Shown piece by piece: positions 8,556 to 22,917 of a DNA stretch of 24,000 nucleotides. A program made the translations under genes and the position numbers. The notes under the pieces were generated by a model. The model saw only the letters and a program-made list of their open reading frames with translations. It was not told the DNA's origin and searched no databases. Numbering within the stretch: position 1 is the first letter of the stretch; each line of letters opens with the position of its first letter. The DNA is from Vibrio algarum. Its GTDB lineage: Bacteria > Pseudomonadota > Gammaproteobacteria > Enterobacterales > Vibrionaceae. Where the stretch lies: contig NZ_JAQLOI010000001.1 of assembly GCF_028204155.1 (NCBI RefSeq), positions 2,264,832 through 2,288,831 of the forward strand, read 5' to 3'.

Positions 8556-10010
8556 ATGGTCATTCAAACAGGTAGCTTTGAAAATTTAGATCACACCGAA
8601 AGCAGTCATATTGAAAATGAACTGTTAACGGCGATTGCTCGAAGTGCAGAAGACCTCACTACTGGCCGGGGTTGGCCCAAAGGGGTAGATGCTCTACTAG
8701 CGGATCTTGGTAAAATAACAAACGTTAGCCGCGTATGGATATTTCAAACGTTAGAGTTAGAAGAAAATCATATTCTTCAAGACTACGCTTTTGAATGGGC
8801 ATCTAAACCAAAATACAAACAGATCGGACTTCCCAGTTTCAACCGCTTCTCATCTAACACCAAAGAACCGGAATACATTTCGTTAATAGAAAGCCGCTCC
8901 CGAGGGGAATATCAACATGTCATCGTCGATCAACTTGCTGACACATGGCTGAAAACGTATCTCTCCAATCAAAAGATACTCTCCATGCTAACCATTCCTA
9001 TCGTGGTAGAAAACAAATGGTGGGGAACACTCGGTTTCGATGATTGTGAACGCCGCATAGAGTGGTCAGCAAGTGAAATAGCACTTCTCAGAACGGCAAG
9101 TTTTCTTATTTCGAGCGCGGTTTTAAGAGATACATTGAGCGCAAAGCGACGACAGCTAGATATCCTAAAAAGAATCACCGCATGCAGTGCATGGGAACTC
9201 GATATTCGTAGAGGACACCTATGGTGCACACCAGAAATACTCAGCAACGTCTCTAAAAAATCAAATAACCTTCAGTTTTCTTTCCGGCAGTGCTTAAGAA
9301 AAGTTCACCCTGAACACCGAAAAAGATTTTTTCAATTAGTTCGCCAGTTTAGACAAAATAATGACCAATCGTTTCGCTGTGACCTAAGAATCAAAAGAGA
9401 CAGCGGTGACTATCGTTGGATAGAGTTAACCTCCAAAATTGACCAAAATGGTGATGTGCTGGCCGGAATACTATTGGATATCACCATGCGCAAAGAGGCT
9501 GAAGACCGCTTGCGTCATGAAGCAACAACAGACCCACTAACGGGGGTACTCAATCGCAGAAAAATTGAGTCATTAGTGCAAGAACACATTGAAATATACA
9601 ACAAGAAAAAAGAGACTTTTTCTTTGGTTATTCTCGATTTAGACCACTTCAAAACCATCAATGACACCCATGGTCATTCAATCGGTGACAAAGTACTCTG
9701 TCATTTTACGCAGTTATGTCAGCATTCATTACGTAAAATCGACTATCTGTCGCGTATCGGGGGTGAGGAGTTTGCAATATTGCTACCAAATACTAGCGAA
9801 GAAGATGCCCTCATTATTGGTGAAAGAATATGCCAAAACATTCAAGACAATCCCTATATTCAGCTTAACAAACAAATTCCCTACTCTGTGTCTATTGGTT
9901 GTTCCACGCTCAAAGACGAATATCTCGAAGTACACAAAATATTTGAACGGGCCGATTCGGCACTGTACCTTGCTAAACAGTCGGGACGCAATCAAGTAAG
10001 AGTGAGTTAA
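8556..10010 (+). CDS. GAF-PAS-GGDEF diguanylate cyclase
   Basis: The C-terminal GGDEF domain has the active-site motif GGEEF (SRIGGEEFAILL). An RxxD I-site (RKID) lies five residues upstream. The PAS-like middle region includes RCDLRIKRDSGDYRWIEL, and the N-terminus is GAF-like. Confidence 0.9.
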   Translation: MVIQTGSFENLDHTESSHIENELLTAIARSAEDLTTGRGWPKGVDALLADLGKITNVSRVWIFQTLELEENHILQDYAFEWASKPKYKQIGLPSFNRFSSNTKEPEYISLIESRSRGEYQHVIVDQLADTWLKTYLSNQKILSMLTIPIVVENKWWGTLGFDDCERRIEWSASEIALLRTASFLISSAVLRDTLSAKRRQLDILKRITACSAWELDIRRGHLWCTPEILSNVSKKSNNLQFSFRQCLRKVHPEHRKRFFQLVRQFRQNNDQSFRCDLRIKRDSGDYRWIELTSKIDQNGDVLAGILLDITMRKEAEDRLRHEATTDPLTGVLNRRKIESLVQEHIEIYNKKKETFSLVILDLDHFKTINDTHGHSIGDKVLCHFTQLCQHSLRKIDYLSRIGGEEFAILLPNTSEEDALIIGERICQNIQDNPYIQLNKQIPYSVSIGCSTLKDEYLEVHKIFERADSALYLAKQSGRNQVRVS

Positions 10011-10068
10011 CCCGTTAATTACATAATGTGCTAGAGTGCACATTTCGCTATCAATTTAACACTATTTT

Positions 10069-10965
10069 ATGTCCACTCGCCTAGGAACACTCTTTCCTGC
10101 TGGGGTCCGCTTTATGGTCCTTTCAGCGCTTGGTTTTGCTCTCATGTCTGCTTGTGTAAAGTATGTCAGTCATTATGGTATCCCACTGTTTGAAATCGTT
10201 GCCGCAAGGGCGATTGTCTCTTGGATCATCAGCTACTTGGATGTAAAACGAAAAAGAATTTCCTTATGGGGGAATAATAAGCCTTTACTGGTATCCCGAG
10301 GTGTTATGGGCACGTCGGCTTTAATTTGTGTTTACTATTCCGTCACTACCTTACCTTTAGCTGAAGCCACTATATTACAGTACGTTAACCCTGTATTTAC
10401 CGCACTGCTCGCGGTTCTATTTCTCAAAGAGCGGATTCAAATTTCAACGATTATCTGTATTTTGATGTGCTTAATTGGTCTGTTCTTTATGGTTAAGCCG
10501 AGCATGGGTAACGCCTTAACGGAAAATTTACCTCTATTCAGCGTCGGTATCGCGTTGTTGGGTGCTCTGTTCAGCTCTATTGCTTACGTTATTGTTAGAA
10601 AACTGAGCCAAACCGAGGACAGCTCGGTTATCATTTTCTACTTTCCTCTTGTAGCTTTGCCTATCTCATTGATCCTCATTGGGGATGATTTTGTCTGGCC
10701 GAGCCTGCACATAATATTCATGTTGGTCTTGCTTGGTATATTTACTCAAGTAGGTCAATTTGGCCTAACCAAAGCGATGCAAACTCAAGCCGCAGGAAAA
10801 GCATCCGCTTACTCCTATGTTCAAATCCTGTTTTCTGCACTTTTGGGGGTTCTGTTCTTTGGGGAAATACCCTCTTTGTGGACCTATTTAGGCGGCGCAT
10901 TTATTGTAACTGGTGCACTTATTAATGTATTTGGTCAGCACTTAAGAAACCCGTTTAAAAGATAA
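10069..10965 (+). CDS. EamA/DMT-family transporter
   Basis: About 10 TM helices arranged as two EamA-like repeats, 298 aa, with typical DMT spacing. Confidence 0.85.
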   Translation: MSTRLGTLFPAGVRFMVLSALGFALMSACVKYVSHYGIPLFEIVAARAIVSWIISYLDVKRKRISLWGNNKPLLVSRGVMGTSALICVYYSVTTLPLAEATILQYVNPVFTALLAVLFLKERIQISTIICILMCLIGLFFMVKPSMGNALTENLPLFSVGIALLGALFSSIAYVIVRKLSQTEDSSVIIFYFPLVALPISLILIGDDFVWPSLHIIFMLVLLGIFTQVGQFGLTKAMQTQAAGKASAYSYVQILFSALLGVLFFGEIPSLWTYLGGAFIVTGALINVFGQHLRNPFKR

Positions 10966-11017
10966 ATACTGTCATCTAACCATCACCTTGTATCTAAAGA
11001 TGTTTTGGAACTCATCA

Positions 11018-11131
11018 TTAGGGGGTGTTTTGAAATAAACACCTTTCAAACTCATTGATTGGCAGAGGTTTACTATATAAATAACCTTGATAAACATTGC
11101 ACCCCTCATTTTCTAGAAAAGTTCGCTGCTC
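11018..11131 (-). pseudogene. Out-of-frame 3' remnant encoding the conserved C-terminus of the upstream EAL domain
   Basis: The minus-strand frame starting at 11131 reads EQRTFLENEGCNVYQGYLYSKPLPINEFERCLFQNTP* with a stop at 11018-11020. This is the canonical end of an EAL domain (GC..QGYL.S.P). It becomes contiguous with AEGVEK(K) if the A7 tract at 11132-11138 gains one A. Confidence 0.85.
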
Positions 11132-13314
11132 TTTTTTTCTACGCCTTCAGCGATGGTATACAACCCTAATGCTTCAGACATCGAAATGATAGCCTTTACA
11201 ATCGATTGGTCGCTGATATCAGACTCTACGTTTTTCACAAACGATTGATCAATTTTAAGCTGACTAACCGGTAATCTTTTAAGGTATTTTAATGAGGAGT
11301 ACCCTGTACCAAAATCATCAAGAGAAAAATGAATACCCATGTTTCGAAGCGCATTCATCTGAAATATGATCTCTTCCATATCACCAACCAACATACTTTC
11401 TGTCAGCTCCAACCTCAACTTCCCTCTTTTCAAATCGTATTTTTGCAGCAACTGACCAACCATAGCCACAAAATTCACTTTTCGGAGTTGTTTATAACTT
11501 ACATTTACTGAGATTGTAAGATGCTGTGTTTTATCACTTTTTTTCCATTTATTTAACTGTTGACAGGCGGTTTCTAACACCCACTCACCTATAGGGAGAA
11601 TCAATCCTGTTTTCTCCGTGAGGGGAATAAACGTATCTGGCGGAATGAGGCCTTTGCTTGAGTGTCGCCAGCGAATAAGTGCTTCTGCGCCAACGATCTG
11701 GTTTAAGTGGTTAATTTGTGGTTGATAAAACAGTTCAAATTGTTTTTCTTTGATCGCTGTCCGCAATTCGTTTTCAAGTACAAACTGAGCTGCGATCTCT
11801 GCTTGCATTTCAGGTGCAAAAAAACAGACCGCGTTTTTACCCGATTGTTTTGCTTTATACATCGCGATATCTGCTTGCTTCAATAGTTCGGATTCTGAAC
11901 GCAAATGGTCATTAAACAATACGATACCGATACTCACACTACTATTATACCTAAGCTCTTTTAGTTGATAAGGAAGCGAGTGTATCTCTAATAATTTGTT
12001 GGCCACATGTTTCGCTTGAGCTGCTGCATCGATAGGTAGTGAGGCTAACTCAGGAAGCAATACAACAAATTCATCTCCTCCAAACCGTGCAAGCGTATCG
12101 CTATCACGAAGACATTGACGTATACGCGCGGCGGTTTCTTTAAGAAGCGCATCGCCATACTCATGCCCATGGGTATCATTAACCGTTTTAAAGTTATCAA
12201 TATCTAGGAAAAGAAGAGCATTATTATGTTTACGGCGACTGCATGCAGAAACGGCTTGATGCAAGCGGTCAAACAATAGTCGTCTATTCGGTAGTTCCGT
12301 TAAAGTATCGAAATAAGCGAGTTGCGTTATTTGCTTTTCATTCTTTTTACGCTCTGTAATATCTTGTATAAATCCGGAAATACTCTCTGGTGTTCCGTCG
12401 ACGTTATAAGCGACTCGTCCTCGGCATTCAATCCAGCGCTCTTGTCCATCAGTTGGCCGAATAATAGGGTATTCAATATGGTGATCTTTACCCGTTTGGA
12501 AACTCTCATCCATTGAGCAAAGAAATGGCTGTTGATATTCAGCCCGCATTATCCCGCAAAGTGATTTCGGTCCTGGTGTATCCTCCGGTGACATACCAAA
12601 CAACCGAAACATTTCAGGGGACCAATCAGCAACCGTTCCCTCATACGGAAATGACCAATAACCAATTTGTGCATATTCCATTGCTCGCTGAAATCGGTGT
12701 TCACTCTCTGACAGCTTATCTAAGGTAATCTTGCTTGCTTTAATTTCACGCATCAAACTAAGAGTGTTAGAGGTCAAGTTTCGATAGGCCGAAAGAATAA
12801 TTTTAATTATTGTTTTTGTTGCCCCTTGCATCTGTTTATCTGCCCACTGACTGGCCTCTTCGGGCAATTTACCAGATGTAGTTGCTTGAACAAGCAACGC
12901 CATGTATCTATCACTTTCCAGTATGTGTGATGCTAGCCAACTGGCTAAAAAAGAGAGCATATCTTCAAGCCATTGATCTTCAGCCGTTATGTTAGCCGAT
13001 AATTTAAACTCCTCAATGCGAGTAATAAATAGATTGTGGCTGTCTCTATGTTTCTCTGTTTCGGGAAAACTAGGTAACTTTGCTAGCCAATGAGTTTCTT
13101 CACATTTAAAGTGATAAACTGCATAGTTGACTAATTCATTAATTAGGGAATCCAAAGAAATATCAGAGTGTTTCAAAATGACTTGTCCAGCCACTTTGTT
13201 CAATAGATCAATTAAATGTTTATGTTGTTGGTCTATTTCTACTACGCCAGTGTTAAAGCTCTCGTTCCAAGGAAAAATATCTATATAATGATCAAGTTCA
13301 TATAACACTGCCAT
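11113..13314 (-). CDS. Bacteriohemerythrin-PAS-GGDEF-EAL c-di-GMP signalling protein, prematurely terminated within the EAL domain
   Basis: N-terminal hemerythrin ligand motifs are present (IDQQHKHL, YHFKCEE, HRDSH, SHILESD). A PAS region includes IEYPIIRPTDGQERWIE. The GGDEF domain has FGGDEF with an RxxD I-site (RDSD). EAL-domain motifs are EALIRW, ELTES, DDFGTGYSSL, KIDQSF and AEGVE. The ORF then ends as KKSSELF* immediately after an A7 run. Confidence 0.9.
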   Translation of the reverse strand: MAVLYELDHYIDIFPWNESFNTGVVEIDQQHKHLIDLLNKVAGQVILKHSDISLDSLINELVNYAVYHFKCEETHWLAKLPSFPETEKHRDSHNLFITRIEEFKLSANITAEDQWLEDMLSFLASWLASHILESDRYMALLVQATTSGKLPEEASQWADKQMQGATKTIIKIILSAYRNLTSNTLSLMREIKASKITLDKLSESEHRFQRAMEYAQIGYWSFPYEGTVADWSPEMFRLFGMSPEDTPGPKSLCGIMRAEYQQPFLCSMDESFQTGKDHHIEYPIIRPTDGQERWIECRGRVAYNVDGTPESISGFIQDITERKKNEKQITQLAYFDTLTELPNRRLLFDRLHQAVSACSRRKHNNALLFLDIDNFKTVNDTHGHEYGDALLKETAARIRQCLRDSDTLARFGGDEFVVLLPELASLPIDAAAQAKHVANKLLEIHSLPYQLKELRYNSSVSIGIVLFNDHLRSESELLKQADIAMYKAKQSGKNAVCFFAPEMQAEIAAQFVLENELRTAIKEKQFELFYQPQINHLNQIVGAEALIRWRHSSKGLIPPDTFIPLTEKTGLILPIGEWVLETACQQLNKWKKSDKTQHLTISVNVSYKQLRKVNFVAMVGQLLQKYDLKRGKLRLELTESMLVGDMEEIIFQMNALRNMGIHFSLDDFGTGYSSLKYLKRLPVSQLKIDQSFVKNVESDISDQSIVKAIISMSEALGLYTIAEGVEKKSSELF

Positions 13315-13837
13315 ACTAATATTCTCCTTGAATTACTCTCTTTTAAGCTAAACATCTTGTCGTCAGAAAGGCATATCCACTCTTGTAACTTCTGCTAACC
13401 TTCCAATCAAGTTATACCTTGCAAATTATGTTCATTTTTATCAATTTAATTTACGCTTTTCTTAATTGAAAAACAATTGTAACGCAATATTAATAAGCTG
13501 ATTTATTAACAACTTAGTTATGCGGCCTTCATAAAGGTTTAAATATTCAGAATTGAATTCGATTCGATTTCAGTAATAACTAAATAGAAATATATTCTTA
13601 GTAGACATTGTCTCAAAGTTCTATGATTGCACAAATGTACTTAATTTAAGTCAAACTCTTTTGCTAGGGGCGATGGTATTGGTTCTGTTCCCATCTTAAG
13701 AGTTATCAAGTTTTATATGACATATAAATACTTTTTCCTTTTTTACTAAAAACTGGCACTTAGATATAAGTATTGTTTACAATGAAAACATAAAAAATTG
13801 CTCACAAGAAGTGAGCCTTATTCAGAGATGGTATTGA

Positions 13838-14824
<987 letters not shown>

Positions 14825-14845
14825 AACATCCTCATTTTCGCCTTT

Positions 14846-14874
14846 AAAAAGCGCCGAGTCTCGGCGCTTTTTTT
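14846..14874 (+). terminator. Rho-independent terminator after ebgR
   Basis: GC-rich hairpin gcgccga-gtc-tcggcgc (14851-14867) followed by T7 (14868-14874). It is preceded by A5, so it may act in both directions. Confidence 0.8.
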
Positions 14875-15004
14875 CATTTTTTCTCACTAACCAAATTTTA
14901 TCGGTTCCTCTCCCCAATAACGTTGAATTTGTTAAATCGCTTCCATGATTCTACTTAAATAATCAGTAATTGGTGACCAGGTTAAAGTTATCGACTTTAA
15001 GATA

Positions 15005-15035
15005 AATATTTTAGTAAAAGTTTTACTAAAATATT
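15005..15035. promoter_or_regulatory. Perfect 31-bp palindrome, candidate EbgR (LacI-family) operator overlapping the ebgA promoter region
   Basis: AATATTTTAGTAAAA-G-TTTTACTAAAATATT has 15-nt perfect arms around a single central base at 15020. It lies 40-70 bp upstream of the ebgA GTG start. A good -10-like TAAAAT (15027-15032) sits inside the right arm. Confidence 0.55.
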
Positions 15036-15056
15036 CCCAAGTTATCTAAATAGTAA

Positions 15057-18637
<3,581 letters not shown>

Positions 18638-18725
18638 CGCAAGTCACACTAACTAAGTTAGTAACAAATATGGAGGCAACAAGATGAATTTAACTTTTCT
18701 TTTGCCTCTCAACTAAACATAATAA

Positions 18726-20180
<1,455 letters not shown>

Positions 20181-20200
20181 TTGAAAGCATTATAAACATA

Positions 20201-20241
20201 CCTAAACAAAAATCCCCGATCAATCACCATTGACCGGGGAT
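20201..20241 (-). terminator. Rho-independent terminator for the RraA-like gene, in the convergent gap with the ygjI-like gene
   Basis: Hairpin atccccgatcaat-cacc-attgaccggggat (20212-20241; 13-nt arms, 1 mismatch). On the minus strand it is followed by TTTTGTTT. Confidence 0.6.
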
Positions 20242-20280
20242 AACATTAGCACTACTGTTTTTTTAAAGATAATTCAGCAG

Positions 20281-20760
20281 TTATACAATCTTCTCTTCTG
20301 TAACAATAACGCCATCAGTATCGGCATACAGGTAATCACCTGTTTTCACTTCAATCCCACCAAACGATAATGAAACATCTCTTTCGCCAGAAGTAACAGG
20401 AATAGACTTTCTTGAGCATGTTCCCAAAGCAAAAAGAACGACTGGAATGTCTTTAATCTGAAAGGTATCACGAATATAACCATTCACGATAATGCCCGCG
20501 TAATTATTGGCATTTGCAAACTTCATTAAGTTTTCACCAACAACAGCAAAATACTCTTGGTCCACATCAACCACAACCACTTTACCTGTGCCATCTTCAT
20601 CTCTTAGCAGCTTGATAAGATCTGAGTTATTTTTATCCAATTTAATGGTAACAACTTCACCTTGGCATTTATCAGCACCACCGAAATTTTGGTAACCAGC
20701 ACCTAATACACTTGTCTTCTCTGGATACTCATCACAGATATCTGCGGTAAAAAATTCCAT
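20281..20760 (-). CDS. RraA-family protein, enzyme-type (HMG/CHA aldolase / oxaloacetate decarboxylase-like)
   Basis: 159 aa, collinear with RraA (TADICDEY..., NFGG..., VVVVD..., NGYIRD..., FGG..V..GDYLYADTDGVIV). It carries Arg-Asp (GYIRD) where E. coli RraA, as I remember it, has Arg-Gln. Confidence 0.8.
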   Translation of the reverse strand: MEFFTADICDEYPEKTSVLGAGYQNFGGADKCQGEVVTIKLDKNNSDLIKLLRDEDGTGKVVVVDVDQEYFAVVGENLMKFANANNYAGIIVNGYIRDTFQIKDIPVVLFALGTCSRKSIPVTSGERDVSLSFGGIEVKTGDYLYADTDGVIVTEEKIV

Positions 20761-21142
20761 AAATCATCCTTGTTTTCTACTAGTTTTAATCGTTTTAGTT
20801 AATTTCTCATTCTAGCATCCAAATTACCGCTTTTTACATCTTTTTTTAGTGTGGTATGCTGCATGCAACTGGATCAAAAAAGATGTCCGGACGCCTAGTA
20901 AATAATAATTAAATACGAGCTAAATTTAAAATTTGCCAACGATTATTATGCCCATGCGTCTGGTTAAAGATGGTTATTGTGACGAAACAATGGAATACGT
21001 CATCGGTGTTGCCTAAGCACTAGCCACCTTCTATCTTCTTGCACGAAGTACAAGAGTTATAGGTAACCTCACGTTCAAGGTTTACTTTAATACTCACCCA
21101 GACAGACAGGCACCCTAATAGGGAAATCAGGTATTTATTTTT

Positions 21143-21556
21143 ATGAAAGTAGTGACTGGAGTAGTTGGCAACGATATCCACGTTGTTGCCAATCGGCTCA
21201 TTGAACTCTCCCTCGATGCCAGAGGGTATGAAGTTTTTAATTTAGGTGTGAATACGCATCTAGAAGAATTTTTCGACGCGGTAGTGGAAACCGGTGCCGA
21301 AGTGCTGCTCATCTCTTCCCTTAATGGAGAAGCAGAGGGTTGGAGCCGCGAAGTTAGAGCGCTCAAATCCCAATACAAAGGATTAGATGATGTCATCATG
21401 ATGATTGGTGGCAACTTAACCGTAGGCAGTGGCGATGCAGACGAAATAGTCAAAAAATACAAGAAATACGGCTTTGACTTGGTTTGTCATCAGATAGACC
21501 TAAATACCGGCCTTGACCTTTTAGAAGATTTTATAGAAAAGAGAGGTCAAGCATGA
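21143..21556 (+). CDS. glmS: Methylaspartate (glutamate) mutase S subunit, cobalamin-binding (not the GlcN6P synthase of the same symbol)
   Basis: 137 aa, collinear with clostridial MutS/GlmS. B12-binding signature D-x-H-x-x-(G) appears as GNDIHVVA, followed by SSL and IGGN. ATGA overlap with the next gene. Confidence 0.85.
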   Translation: MKVVTGVVGNDIHVVANRLIELSLDARGYEVFNLGVNTHLEEFFDAVVETGAEVLLISSLNGEAEGWSREVRALKSQYKGLDDVIMMIGGNLTVGSGDADEIVKKYKKYGFDLVCHQIDLNTGLDLLEDFIEKRGQA

Positions 21557-22917
21557 GCCTACTTCAAGAAGAAAGAGAAATAATCCTTAGTAATGAGTAT
21601 GTAGACACCTTTGACTTTGACGAAGTAAAGGAGTTTGTAACCAACGCAGACAAAGAACTTTTTATCTCTCATCACTTCAAAAAGAAAGAAAAAATGTTAG
21701 TGCAACCGCGAGGTGGTTTTCCCACTTATAAAAAGCAATTTGCGCTAAACGAGTTTTTTGTTAATGCCAACGTTGATGTCCTTCCCCTTACCATTGACTC
21801 AAATACCCGACTTAACGACTACGGCACAGCGAAAAAGATGCTTCGACTTAGTGAAGAAAATGACGTCGATATGCTTAACGGTTATCCACTGGTGAATCAC
21901 GGTTATCGCACTACCCGTAAAATGATTACCCATTTCAATAAACCCGTCAGTTTAAGACACGGAACACCTGATGCTAGGTTATTGATTGAAACAGCCATAG
22001 CGTCTGGCATCTTCGAAATTGAAGGTGGCCCAATTACGTACCTATTGCCTTATTCAAAGAATTTTCCATTAGACAAAGCCTTTATGTATTGGAAGTACGT
22101 AGAGCGTGTATGTGCTAACTATTCTAAGCTGAATGAGCCAATTAACCGTGAGTCTTTTGGCCCATTAACGGCAACGTTGGTTCCACCATCGATTACTATC
22201 GTTATCCAGTTATTAGAGATGCTGCTGTCTTTAGAGGAAGGCGTAAAGTCTTTTTCAGTCTCTTTTGCACAGCAAGGCTCAATGAATCAAGATATTGTTA
22301 CCGGCGCGGTTATTAAGAAGTTAGCCAAACATTACGCTGAAGCGATTGGCTGCGGTGATGCCAGCATTCATTTAGTATATCACCAATGGATGGGAGCATT
22401 CCCAACCAATAAAAGCTACGCAGAGCAGCTCATTAATATGTCGACTGTGATTGCCTCAATGGTCGGTGCAGATAAAATTATCACCAAAACCCGTGAAGAA
22501 GCCGCAGGTATTCCAACCAAAGAAGCCAATGCTAAAACCGTAGCCGATACGCAATATACGTTGCGTATTCTTAATGGCCTACCAAATATTGTCGACGAGC
22601 AAGAAGAAGAGATCTTAACAGCTGAAGTAATGGCGATTATGGACGCAGTGTTTAACGACTCGGCCGATACATTATGGCGTAAAGTCTTCAACTGTATTAA
22701 ATGCGGTATTATTGATGTGCCATTTTCTCCGCACATCATTAACCACAACAAGATGATTACTATTCGTGATGCGAACAAAAACATTCGAATCATCGACCGT
22801 GGGGGTGTACCGATCCCAGATCGTTGTTTTGAGTATGAGCGCGCCCAATGTGATCTCAACAAAGACACCACAAGCATCGTTAACGACATAATTCATGATA
22901 TAGGCATTATGCAATGA
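21553..22917 (+). CDS. glmE: Methylaspartate (glutamate) mutase E (epsilon) subunit
   Basis: Conserved blocks shared with remembered Clostridium GlmE are QPRGG, LTIDSNTR, LNGYP.VNHG, RHGTPDARLL, EIEGGPITYLLPY, INRESFGPLTATLVPPS, HQWMGAFP and GIPTKEANA. Confidence 0.9.
   Translation: MSLLQEEREIILSNEYVDTFDFDEVKEFVTNADKELFISHHFKKKEKMLVQPRGGFPTYKKQFALNEFFVNANVDVLPLTIDSNTRLNDYGTAKKMLRLSEENDVDMLNGYPLVNHGYRTTRKMITHFNKPVSLRHGTPDARLLIETAIASGIFEIEGGPITYLLPYSKNFPLDKAFMYWKYVERVCANYSKLNEPINRESFGPLTATLVPPSITIVIQLLEMLLSLEEGVKSFSVSFAQQGSMNQDIVTGAVIKKLAKHYAEAIGCGDASIHLVYHQWMGAFPTNKSYAEQLINMSTVIASMVGADKIITKTREEAAGIPTKEANAKTVADTQYTLRILNGLPNIVDEQEEEILTAEVMAIMDAVFNDSADTLWRKVFNCIKCGIIDVPFSPHIINHNKMITIRDANKNIRIIDRGGVPIPDRCFEYERAQCDLNKDTTSIVNDIIHDIGIMQ

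Noticed and set aside
13754-13769. TGGCAC upstream of ebgR, resembling the -24 element of a sigma-54 promoter
   Set aside because: The expected -12 element (TTGC) five nt downstream is absent; the sequence there is TATAA. No enhancer-binding protein is nearby.
13315-13837. 523-bp AT-rich divergent intergenic region, examined for small genes, sRNAs and repeats
   Set aside because: It contains only very short ORFs (8-13 codons) without Shine-Dalgarno sequences. One 6-bp hairpin (gctcac-aagaa-gtgagc, 13800-13816) lacks a T-tract. Nothing goes beyond what two divergent promoters and regulator sites would explain; the half-site at 13741-13751 is reported under the ebg operator finding.
14971-14987. 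Possible CRP site (GGTGA-N6-TAAAG) upstream of the ebgA palindrome
   Set aside because: It matches only about one half-site of TGTGA-N6-TCACA. That is too weak to call by eye in AT-rich DNA.
20860-21142. Possible cobalamin riboswitch (or other riboswitch) in front of the B12-dependent mutase genes
   Set aside because: I could not find the B12-box (consensus roughly AGYCMGGAGACCKGCC) or GCCACUG elements on either strand. The only similar strings (CAGACAGACAGGCACC, AATAGGGAAATCAGG) are in the wrong order and too close to the start codon. B12 riboswitches usually repress B12 supply genes, not B12-using enzymes. An Infernal scan would be needed to be certain.
22416-22889. 157-aa ORF antisense to glmE, the longest of the shadow ORFs
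   Set aside because: It lies entirely within the strongly supported glmE frame. The sequence (MSLTMLVVSLLRSHWARSYSKQRSG...) has no domain signature. It is probably a mirror of glmE codon structure rather than a gene.
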